Source of the DNA: an uncultured delta proteobacterium
GTDB taxonomy: Bacteria; Desulfobacterota; Syntrophorhabdia; Syntrophorhabdales; WCHB1-27
NCBI GenBank assembly: GCA_963810935.1
Contig: CAWEPK010000016.1
Location: 64,001-128,000 of the forward strand
Direction of reading: 5' to 3'
Length of the DNA stretch: 64,000 bases
The notes under the pieces are model-generated. The model searched no databases. It had not been told where the DNA came from and saw nothing but the letters and a program-made list of their open reading frames with translations. This document shows positions 12,901-24,900 of the stretch, piece by piece (within the stretch, counting starts at the first letter, position 1; each line of letters opens with the position of its first letter). The translations under genes and the position numbers were made by a program.

Positions 12901-15900
12901 GTTCACTGCCACCGCACCGGAGCCAGCCACGCCCGCCGTTGCCGCCATAATGGCGTCGTTCGAAGTGGCGGTAAGGCTGACGCTTCCGCCGGCCGTCACC
13001 GTCGAGCCGATGATATCCGCACGTACCGTGTCCGTTATGATGTTGCCCGCGAGGACGCCGTTTACGGCCACCCCGCCTGTTCCCGCGATGCTTGCCACGA
13101 TGGCGAGTATATTGCCCGTAGGCTGTACCGTCGAGCCGCTGAAGGAGCCGCTGAGGGTGCCCGTATCGAGAGAAGCGCTGTTGCCCAGGTCCGTCCACTT
13201 AGAGGTATCGTTATAATTTGCGGATGTCAGATCGAGAGAAGCAGTGCTGCCTTTGTACTGGTAGCGGTCTCCAACCGTGCCCGAGCCCGTAAAACCCTGC
13301 AGCACGTCGACGGTGTCCCCGCTGTTTACGGTAGTCGAACCAGTATCGCTCGTGTTGTAAGTCGAGCTATGGAAGGGAAGGCCCTGGGTCGTCCAGTCGG
13401 GGACGAGGGTCGGCGCCTGGTCCATGGCCTGGATAGTTATGCTGCCGGTGCCGGTCGTGGTAACATTCGAACCGCCCGTCACCTGCGCGAGGACCTGGTC
13501 GGCTATAACGTTGCCTATTGCCGTTACCTGGACGGCAACGGCGCCCGAGCCCGAGACGCCGACTGCCAGGCTCCTTATGATCTCGTCCGCCTCGGCGGTC
13601 ATGTTGAGGCCGCCGGCCGTTACGTGAGAGTCGGTAATCTCCGCCTCTACGGTGTTGGCTATGACGTTGCCCGAGAGGGAGACCCCCACCGCCACTGCGC
13701 CCGTGCCTGCCACGTTCAGCGAAATCGCGTCTATCTCTGACGAGTCCAGGGCCGTCATTGTGACGGTCCCGCCCGCGCTCACGTTGGACTTGGCGGTCCC
13801 GTTATTGACGATGAGGGACTCGGTCGTGTCGGCGATGACGTTGGCCGAGATTGCAGGGCTCACCGCCACCGCCCCGGAGCCGGAGACGTCGACCGAGATC
13901 CCCATGATCTTAGCGAGTGACTCGGATTCGAGCGTTAGCGCGCTGTCCGCGTGGACCGTGGAGCCCGATATCTTGGTCTCCACCGTGTTCGTCACCACGT
14001 TCGCAGCGAGGAGCGCGCTCACCGCCACTGCGCCCGTGCCGGCGACGCCGACGCCGAAGGAGGTGATGTTCGACTGGTCGTGGGCGGTAAGGCCCATGGT
14101 GCCGGCCGAATCAACAATGGATCCACCCGTGATCGTCGCCGCTGTCGTGTCGGTGATCACGTCGCCGTAGCCCGTTGCGTTGACCGCCACCGCGCCGGAG
14201 CCTGCGACGCCGACGGTGAGGGCGATGATGGAATTCTGCGACAGGGCGCTCAGGTTGAGGCTCGACGCGGAGCCTGAGATTTCGACGCCTGAGTTGCTGT
14301 AGCCCGCCTTGACCGTGGAACCGATGATGTCAGACCTCACGGTGTCGATTATCAAGTTGCCCGAGAGTACCGCGTTGACCGCCACCGCGCCGGAGCCGGC
14401 GACGCCCACCATGACGGTCAGGATATTGTCGTTCCACGGGATCGGGGAGTTCGGAGTGGCGCTGTCAAACGAGCTGGACATGGAAGTCGGCAGGCCGGGT
14501 ATGGCGGAAGGCGCCTCATCCTGCGCTGATATCGAGACGCTGCCTTGCGCGTAAATAGTCGAGTTCGTCACGTCGGCTTCCACGTGGTTCGCGATGGCGT
14601 TCCCCATGGCGGCAACCTGGACTGCACACGCGCCCGAGCCCGCTACGCCGATGTCGAGCGCCCTGATGATCTCCGAGGACGCGGCGGTCTCGGTAAAACT
14701 CGCGGTGGAGGTCGCGCTGGTGCTTCCGGCGGGGCCGACAGTGACGGTAGAGCCCGAGACTTCTGCCTGTACGACGTTCGCAACGACGTTGGCAGCAAGG
14801 CCCACGGTGACGGCCGCTGCGCCCGATCCGGCGATGCCGATGGAAATGGCGTTTATCTGGGATGAATCTTTTGCAGTTATCGAGAGGGCCCCGTCGGAAT
14901 GCACGGAATAAGAGCCGCTATCGTTCTCGATCTCCGCTTCCGTCGTGTCGTGGATAACGTTAGCCCCGAGGAGCACCGTCACGGCCGCTGCGCCCGAACC
15001 GGTAACGCCGGCGACGAAGCTGTAAATGATCGCAGTCGATTCGGCGTCCAGGGCCAGCGTCCCGCCCGATGCGACGGTGGAGCCCGAAATAAGGGCCTCC
15101 ACGGTGTTCGTGACCACGTTCGCGCCGATGATGGCGGAGATGGCGGCGCTGCCGGAGGCCGCTATGCTAAGGGCCAGGGCGGTTATCTGTGATTGGTCGG
15201 TTGCTGTAAGGCTCATGACTCCGGTGGAGCTGACGGTCGAGCCGCCCGATATCTCAGCCTCCGTGTCATCCGTGATCACGTTGCCGAAGCCGGTCGCCTG
15301 TACAGCGACGCTGCCCGAGCCGCCCACGCCCACTGTAACGGCCGTGATGCTGGAGGACGAAGTCGCTGCCAGGATGACGCCCGCGCCCGAGACCGTAGAG
15401 TCTACTATATAGGCGTGAACGACGTTGTGGACGATGTTGCCGGAAATAGCCGCGCTTACGGCAACGGAGCCGGAGCCGGAAACGCTGACCATGATCGCCA
15501 GTATGTTGCCGGTGAGGCTGATGGGGGAGCCCGCGAGTGCGGTCGTCAGCGCGCTCTCCTGGGTGGAAGTCGTGCCCGTTGTCCCGGTCAGGGTGAACGG
15601 GGAAAGCAAGCTCGGGGCGATCTCCTCCGCCGTGATGCTCACGTTGCCCGAAGCCGTGACGGTCGAGCTGTTGTCTATCTCGGCGGTAACGGTGTCGCCG
15701 ACGTAGTTGCCCAGGGCCGTGACGCTGACCGCTACGTTGCCGGAGCCCGAGACTCCGAGGGCCAGCGCCCGTATCAGTGACTGGGCTTCGGAAAGAAGGG
15801 TGACGGTGGTGCCTGCGTCGATCGTGGAGGCATTGACGTCCGTCCCGATGGTGTTCGTTACTACATTGGCCGCCACGGCCGCTCCGCCTGCCGCGGTGCC

Positions 15901-18900
15901 CGAGCCCGCTACGCCTATGGCGAAGGCGTCGATGGTGGAGGTATCCTGCGCGGTCAGAGCGACGGTCCCATCCGACCCGGACCCGCTTGTCGTATTGACG
16001 ACAGCACCGTCGGTGAGGCTGGCCTCTACCGTGTCGTTGATTACGTTGACGGCAACCGCGACGCCCGCCGCATAACTGCCGGCCCCTGCCCCTGCGAAGG
16101 TCAAGTTATTCACTATACTGTTGTCCGTCGCCGTGAGCGAGACGTCATGTGCGGTAGCGTGGGAGTTGTCTATATTGGCCGTAACGCCCGACAGGAAGTC
16201 GCTGTCGCCGGAGGCGAGGCCGACCGCCGCCGTGCCTGCGCCGGCTGCTGCGCCTGCGATGATAGTAGCCGAAGGAGCGGTGGTGGCGCTGACATTGATA
16301 GTGCCTACGTCGGCCGTCACGCGGGCGTTATCCACTATGGAAGCATCGACTACGCTGCGGATAAAGTTCAGGGCGATAGAACCGGCTATGGCCACCTTGC
16401 CTGCGCCCGCGCCCCCTGCTGTGACGTCCACGAGGCTTGGACTCGAGTACGCCGTAACGTTCACGTTGCCGTGCGTCGATTCGACAGTCGAGCCGTCGAT
16501 GTAGGCGGTCACCTGAGCCTGGCTGCTCCCGAGCGGGTTTTCCGGCACGTTGAGCACGGGGTTGGTCGGGTCGCCGCCTATATAGTCATAGGCAAGGGCC
16601 GCGCCGATTGCCACCTGCCCCGCACCGGCTGCGCCGAGTGTGCCAGTGTCGAGCTGGGCGTTGTCCGTGGCCGACACCGTGACGTCGCCGTGGCCCGTTA
16701 CAGTGGCGTTATCCTTGATATATGCGATGACCGTATTGTCCAGCCAGTTGAGGGAGATTGCGGCGCCCGCCGCGAACTTGCCCGACCCGGAGCCTGCGAC
16801 CGTAACGTTGACGATCTGCTCGCCAAGCTGGGGGACGCTGCTCGCCGAAGGCAGGGTAATCCCGCTCACGCCCGTATTGACGTTCGATAGATTGGCCGCT
16901 GTCTGGGGAGGCGCGAACCCCGCATTGACATTCACCTCACCTGTGCTTGACGTGACGGTTGCCCCGTCGATATACGCCTCTATCCTGTCCGCCACGTTGG
17001 TGACGGAGATGGCCGCGCCGACGGCCACTTTATTGGAGCCGGCAAAGCCGCCGGCGATAGCGATCATAGTCGTGGTATCATTGGCGCTGACTGTGATATC
17101 GCCCGACGCCGTGACAGTGGAGTTGCTGTTAGTTATGTAGGCCTCGACTGTGTTGGTCGTCTCGTTCACCGCCACCGAGCCGCCCAGGGCGAATTTGTCG
17201 CCACCGGCCGCGCCCAGGACGACGTTCAATAAAAGCTCGTTTGCGCTTGCGTCGATCTTCACGGTAGACGCGGTAGACTTCAGGCTTGCATTATTGACGA
17301 AGGCCTCCACCGTGTTGTAGCTCAGATTGACTCCGATTGCGGCGCCTATCCCCGCCTGGCCCGTTGATATGGCCACCCCGCCCATTACGGCGATATCCGT
17401 TTCCGTGTCGTTCGCATTTACGGCTACAGCGCCGGTTGCGGTCACGCTGCTTGCGCCCGTCACCTCGGCCTCGACTGTATTGGACAGGTAGTTTACGCCG
17501 ATGCCTGCGGCTAATGCGGTCTTCTTGGAGCCGGCCCCTGCCGCGGCTACCGATACGACCGTGCCCGTCCTGTCTGCTTCTGCCGTGAAGGCGTTGACCG
17601 GGCTCGATGCGGTGCCTATTGTGGAGCCGGTGACTATTGCAGTCGCGGTGTCCAGGACTACGTTGACGTCGACCGCGCCGCCGAGGCCCGCCGTCTTGCC
17701 CACGGCTACCGCTCCCGCAACAGCATACAGCGACGTAGCGTCCGTCGCGAGGACTCCACGTTGCCGGAAGACGTTGTGGTCAAAGTGCTGCCCGTGATCT
17801 CTGCGTTGACCTTGTTGAGCAGCGCGTTGATCGTTACGGTGCCTGCTCCGGCGTAACCCGACTCGCCGCCTCCGCCCGTGGCGATTCCCAGAGAGCCTGT
17901 CGCTGCGACGACCGTGCCTCCGTTGGTCGCGTCCACGTTTATATTGCCCGCCGCACTTAAGCCCGCCGCTCCGTTATAGCCCGTAACGTTGGCTATTTCC
18001 GCCTGGGTCGTATTGTTCTCATAAGTAAAACCGACCGCCACCCCTACGCCCGCCTTGCCGCCGAAGGCGCCCGAGCCTCCCACGGAGACGAGGTACGATC
18101 CGTCGTTTGCGTTGACGGTTACCGCCCCACCGACAGTCACCTGGGGATTGGCAGAGGTGCCCGTGATATTCTCCAGGCCTGCCTCGGTCGTATAGGTAAT
18201 GATATTAACTCCCGCCGAGCCGGCTATCGCCTTGCCGTCCTTGCCGGTTGCCCCGGCGAAGCCCGCGGCTACGGAGATCGTCCAGCCGGTTCGCTTCGAT
18301 TCAATATCGAGCCCTCCTGCAAGCACCAGGCCCGCTACACCGTCAATGAAGGCGTCGGTCTCGCCCGAAAGTATATTGATCGCAGCAGCGCCACTGATGC
18401 CCGTTGCCGAATTGTTGTTGCTGCCGCTCGCGTATGCGACCGACCCGGCGAGGTTCACCGTGGTCGTGCTGTTTTTTGCGTTAATGGTAAGACTGCCGCC
18501 GCTGTACGTCTGAAAGACACCCGTATCGCGGACGTACGCGTCCGCACTGTCGAAAAGGAGGTTGACCCCTGCCGAGCCTGATACACCGACGGCCGAGCTC
18601 GACCCCTCCGCCGTGCCGCCGCCCTCGCTGTTGGCCGTACCGGCTATATTTCCGGTCATCTTGCCCTTCGCTACGGCCTCCTGCAGCACAGCGCCCATCT
18701 TGCTCTGCCAGGTTGCGAGGTCCTGGTTGCTCTGCTGCGTACCGTTGGAGCCTTGGGTGCCGCCCGTGCCGGGGTTGCTCGTGCCGCCGGAGCCGTTTTG
18801 GGATTGTGAGGCCGAGCCCGAGGATTTGCTCCCCGCTACGGCAAAGGCGCCGACGAAACCTCCGTTTATCGCATCGACCTCCACGTTTCCGGACGCACTG

Positions 18901-21900
18901 AAGGAGCCGAGGGTAGACGGGGCCGCCTCGCCTTCTTCCAGGCCGATCACGGCCTGGGTGTTGCGTCCCGTGAGATTGACGGCGCTGGAAAGGCCTACAG
19001 CCGTCTGGTCCGACACGGCGACACTTCCCGCAACGCTCACGAGGACCGACGTGTCATCGGCCCTCACCAGGACGGTATCGTCGCTGTTGACGCTGCCCGA
19101 TCCGATTACGACTGTAGCCCCGCTGTCGATCTGGGCGAGGGTTGTATCGAGGGCGCTGCTGAACGTGATGGTGCCGTTGAAGGCCAGGCTGCTCGACTTG
19201 CCCCCCGATGCGGTCAGGTTGATCAATATGTTCTTTGTGTCCGCCTCTACGTCAAGGCTGCCCCCGTAAAGCGTGACCCCGTCCTCTACCTTGGCGGTAA
19301 CGTTAGACTCGTCAAGCTGCACCATGATGCCGCCGCCCGCTGCCTTCGCCCCCTTACTCGTACCGAAGCCCGGCTTTTGGAAGCTAGGGACCCAGGACTT
19401 CGACGTGTCTAGAGTGAGGCCGGGGACCTGGAAGTTCCCGGTAATGTTTATAGTGTCGTTTTCTGCGTCGGCAGTCACCGCTACGGCGCTGTTGTGGTAC
19501 GCGGTGCCCTGGTTGATGACCGCGCCGCTGTCGATGCTGGCATCGGCCGTGTGCTCAAGGAGAAGAAACGCGAGGGCAGCCGATATCTGTTTAGTCTCCC
19601 CCTGTGCCGTTGCGGTCGACCAACTGTTTGCTACGTTGTATCCGATCCCGAAGCTGTCGTTCAGGTAGGTATCGAGGTTTCCGATGAAGCTTTTCGTCGC
19701 CTGTTCCGCCGTGCTGCCGAGGTCCTGCCACGAGCTGGTATCCCCGTAGTTGGTTGCCGTCAGGTCAATGGACGCGGGACTGCCTATATACTGGTAGGTA
19801 TCCCCGGCAGTACCGCCGTTCGCATACCCGGGCAGCACGTTGACCAGGGTGGGGCTGTTGGGATTGTTGGTGACATAGGTCTGACCCGTGTCGCCCGTAT
19901 TGTAATCCTGCTGCGCCGGCTGGCCCAGGTCTTTCCATAAGCTCGTATTGGTGTAGAGCGTGTTCGAAAGGTCCATCGAGGTCTGCGTCGTGCCCAGGTA
20001 CTGGTAACGGTCACCGCCGACGACGTCGACCGTATCTCCCGGGTTTATAGTAGTCTGGCCGGTATCGCCGCTATTGTACGTAGCCCCGTAGTTGCTCGAC
20101 TGGAAGGGAGCGATGAGGTTCATTATCTCCAGGCTGCTAGGACTTATCTGGTTCAGGGACTGGGCATTGACGGTGACGGCCGTTGCTCCGCTAACGGAGG
20201 CATGATCGGCTATGTAAGCATAAGCGTCGTCATGGACTATGTCGGCCGTGACGGCAATAGCGATGCCGACTTTAGTCGGCTGCTTCTTGGCGGGCTCGGC
20301 GTCGTTTGCCTGGCCCGTCGCACCGTGCTCCTGCGACTCCGTGGCGGGTGTCTTGTCTTTGCTGGCCTCGGAATCAGAGGTATCATCCTGCACTGTTGTT
20401 TGGGCCTGGATGCTCGGGCTGTCCGATACCTGCGACGCGACGCTTACGGTACCTTGCGAGGTTACCGTTGCAGCGTTCGTGCCGTCACCGATGCGCGCCG
20501 TGGTCTGGCTGTACTCCTCCTCGAAGGCTACGGCAGCTCCGAAATCGAAGCTGGGCGGTGGGCTGCTGGACGCGAATTTGCTCATGAGCCACTTGACGGG
20601 ATTACGCGCGGCCAACCACTTGCCGAGAGGGGTAAGGAGCTTTATCGCCCCGTTCTTGAGTGGAGTCGTGAGCTTCGTGATCGCTGCCGACTTGTAATCG
20701 GTGACGAGATCGCCCGTATTCGAGCCCGCGCCCACCCCCGCGCTCGCTGATACGCCGCCGACTGTGCCCGGTATTATGCCGAGCTTGTTCTGCTGGATCG
20801 ATGCACTCTGGGTGGTCGCGTCTACATTAACGTTGCCGGCTACGGTTGCCGTACCGTCGAGGTAGGCGTTCGTCTGCTCCGTCTCAAGCGAGACGGCAAA
20901 TGCAGCGTTCAGCACGCCGTCCGAGTCGGAGTTCGACATCGCCGTTGTAAAGTTGCGGTCGATTCTGTTCCCGCTCACGTACAGGTTGCCGCCTATATTC
21001 AGCACGGCTAGATGGGACACGTCGGCCGTGGCGTTCGAGTTGATGAGGCTTATTGCCGCCGCAACGCCGTAACCCTTTATGGCGCTTGGATTAGACTTGA
21101 CCATAATCGTGTTGTCGGTGCTCGCCGCTATTACCGCGTCGCCGGTTGTCGTGATGTGGCCATCGATCGTCACGGTCGCCGTTGTATCGATCTCACCGAA
21201 GGCCACGCCGAGACCCCATGAGGTCGGGTTGGCGGACGCGGACGCCTTCGCTGTAGCATCCACGTTGAGGACGGCCGCGTTGATATACGCGTTCTGGCCG
21301 ATGTCGATTGTAGCAGTCGATTTGGATATCGTCACGCCTGCGAAGAAAGAGAGGCTTTCGAGGCCGCCCAGGACGCCGTCTATCGCCTCCTGCACGAGGG
21401 AGGCCCCGCTCTTCAGCCTTCCCCCGACATCGAAAACCTGGAAATCGCTTGCCTGGAAGTAGTGCTGGCTGTAACCCGTTGCCGTGATGGTGACGTTGCC
21501 GCCGCTGATCGTCGCGCCCGAAGTCGTGCCTATGTTAAGCACAGCGTTTACATTGTCAATGTTGGCGAAGCCCGTCGTAAAATTGGCCCTGTTATCAAGG
21601 GCGGTAATCGTGATGGCGCCGTCCGTGCCGCCTGCCGTTGCCTTGGCGAGGATCTGGGCGCCGTCGTCTATATTTATGGTATAGCCCTGGATTGTTATGT
21701 TTCCGGCCTTTGTCACCGACGTTATCCCGTCCGTGCCGCTGTTCACGGTATAGCCGTCGATGGTGACCGTATCGCCCTCTATCGTGATGTTCTGGCCGTA
21801 TGTGTAAATGTCCTGCGTGACTACGGTGTTGCTGCCCCCGTCGTAGACGTAGGCGGCAGCCGAGCTGCCTGCGCCCACCCAGGTGATCCAGCCGAAGCTC

Positions 21901-24900
21901 GATGTCGTGATGTTATGCGAGCCCCCTTCGATGACAACGCTGTTATTGGTACCTCCGCCGGGGTTTACCGTGACCGTATCGATCCCCGGCGTCATGTTCT
22001 TGACATTGATCTCAAACACGTTGCCGCCGCCCAACCCGCCGTTAAGGATGTCGTCCCGGCTCGTGTTGAAGGTCACGCCGCCCGAAAAACCGGAGGCATC
22101 CAGGGTACGTTTGGTGCCAAGAGCAGTGCCGCTGTCCGTAAGGGTAATATTGCCGATATTTGTAAGGGTATCCGTTTTGGTGGTGCCTACGGTCAGTGAC
22201 GAGCTTGCGACGCTGCCGGCGAGGGTCATGTTTGCGTCCCACGCCTCTACAAGGCTGTTCGTGGTGCCCGTACCGGCTTTCATCGTGTCGTTGCCGGCGC
22301 TGGAATAAAAAGTCACGCTCCCGCAGGAGATCGGCGACCCCGTCAGGCTTGCCCCACTGCCCGTCCCCACAATACCGAGGTCCGTGGCAGCGGTGGAGCC
22401 GGAGCAGTTAGCCACCGTGAGATTATGGGAGCCGTTAGTGGAATCACCGATGGTGATTGCGCCGTTTGAGCCCAGCGTAGCCGTAAGATGGCTGTTGGCT
22501 GCGTCTATGGCGGTCAAGACATCCTGAACGGTAAAGGCGCTGCTAAGGCTTACCAGGACCTGCGTGCTGCCGTCTGAAAGGGTGATGTCGAGGTCATTCT
22601 GGCCGCTGCCCGCGCACTGGACGCCTTTACCATTGTTGAGGGACTGCAGCTCCGTGGTGGTATAGACGCCGTCGAACCCTGTAGTGTCGAGGGTATTATT
22701 GCCTCCTCCGCCCGTGATCTGGACGTTTTGAATGCCGCTTAAGGTGTCCGTTTTCAGGCCGGCGACGACCAGGCTTCCGTTCGTCAGCGTCATGTTCGCG
22801 TCGTGCGTCGCGATGAGGGTGTTCGTGCCGGTCGCGTTACCCGTGATCGTGTCGGTTCCCGTGCCGTCGTAGAAAGTGTTGTCTTCCGGGCCGCCGATCA
22901 TCACTGTCGTGCTCGAGCCGGCTTTGAACGTGTTGTCCCCCTGTCCGCCCGAGAGGGTGACGGTGCCGGTGGTGCTGAATTGCGAGGTGTCCATAAGGAC
23001 GCCTTGCAGGATACCGTAAAATCCGACGTTCTGTACGTTCGTAACAGTGTCCGGATTGGCTGGAGGCGCACCCGTCGTGACCGGGGTCACCTGCACGCCG
23101 GGGCTAGCACCGGTCAGTCCGGTGCCGTCGGCCGTAATCGTTTGGGGAAGCCCCGCGAGGTTTTCCGTGAAGGTGACGCTCCATGTCCCGGTGGTATTGC
23201 TTGCGACCGTCACATCGCCGCTGCCTATATTCGAAAGGGCCATCAGGTCAGCCTGAACGACTCCGGCCGAGGCGTTATAGGGGATGGCGATGGTCGTCTG
23301 GCCTTCATAGGTGATGGTGAAGGTGCCGCCGGTGACCGTTCCCGTCAGCGCGACGTTTTCGACTTCGTCCGTGCCCTGGCCCATATCGAGGGTAGCACTG
23401 GTGGAGTTGCCTGAGAGCACGTAGCGGTGATCGCCGACTTCCACAAGATCGTTCGTGGCGCCTGCGCCGCCCGTGACCGTATCATTGGTGCCGACCCCGA
23501 CGGTTAATGTATTGGTGATTCCGGAGCCTGCCCCGCCTACAGGCGTATCGTTATTGCCGTCGCCCGCATAGAGAATGTTGGTGGCGTTGCTGCCTGATCC
23601 GGCTTTAAGGAGATCGTTATTGCCGTCGCCGACCGTGAGAGTTGTGTTCCCTCCGGTGAAGGCAGACGTATCCATTGTGTCACTGCCGTTGCCTGCCGTA
23701 AGCGTCAGGTTCTGCACATCGGTCAGAATGTCCGAGGCGACGACCCCGCTTGTGCGTCCATCGATCGTCAGCGTCGTGTCACTCTGCGTATACAGGAAGG
23801 TGTAGCTGTCGTCGCCTCTGGTTTCGACAACCGTATTATTCGTGCCCTGGCCGATGATGGTGGTTGTGCCTCCGCCGCCGGTGAAGGTATTGGTTCCTGT
23901 GCCTCCGTAAAGGGTATCAACCTTGTTGCGGCCGTCGAGGGCTTCCGAACCGGTGACTATGGCCGCGCCATGGAGCACATTGCCGGTGGCCGTGCCCACG
24001 ATCCCCAGGTCGGTTCCGGCAGAGGAGCCGTTCATGTTAATGACGCTTAAACTCCCTCCTCCGCCTGCTGTGTCGGTCAGATTAATGCCTGTGCCCGTTG
24101 CGTTTATGGACGCAGTGAGATTGGGACTTGCCTGATTGAGTACAGAGAGAACATCCTGAATGTTGTTAAGCCCGGACAGGTCCACATCGAGTTTCGCGCC
24201 GCTCATCATCGTGATTTGGATATCGGCTGTCACCTCGGCTATCGAGGAGCCTATGAGCGTATTGCCGTTTCCTGTACAGAGAATGCCGAGGCTTGAGGCC
24301 TGACCGCTCGTCGAGTTGCCGACCAGGGGCGTAATGCTGACGCTGCCTCCCGAGTCGAGGCTATCGGTGATGACAATGGAGTCGCCTTGCTGGGAATCGA
24401 TTCCAACGCTCACCCTCGGCCCCCCAGGGGTGGTCTCGGTTACGTTGACGCTCCCACCGGCCAGCCCTGAACCGTCGGCCGTTATCGTTTGGGGAGAGCC
24501 GGCGAGGCTTCCGGTGAACGCGACCGACCACGAACCCGGGGTGCCGGTGACGGCAACATTGCCGCTGCCTATGCCCGAAAGGGCCGTTAAGGCGCTTTGC
24601 ACCTGGCCGGCCGTTGCGTTGTAGCCGATGCCGGCTGTTGTCTGGCCGTTGTAGCTGAGGGTGAAGGCTCCGCCCGTTGTCGATCCGGTCAGCGCGACAT
24701 TCTCGACTTCGTTTGCTTTCGGCGCCGCGTTCGTTATCGCGTTGAAAACGTCCTGAAGGGTCGGGCTCGAATTTGTAATTGTGCTCAAATCGACGTTGAA
24801 GGTGGTGCCGTCGGTAAGTGTGACCGTAAAGCCGTCACCCGAGGCGAGGTCCGCACCGGCCCCGTCATTGAGACTCGATAGGGGTGTCGATCCGGTCAAA

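Noticed and set aside
17740..17765. Programmed frameshift between segments 1 and 2
   Set aside because: No slippery heptamer or long homopolymer; a simple single-base loss explains it.
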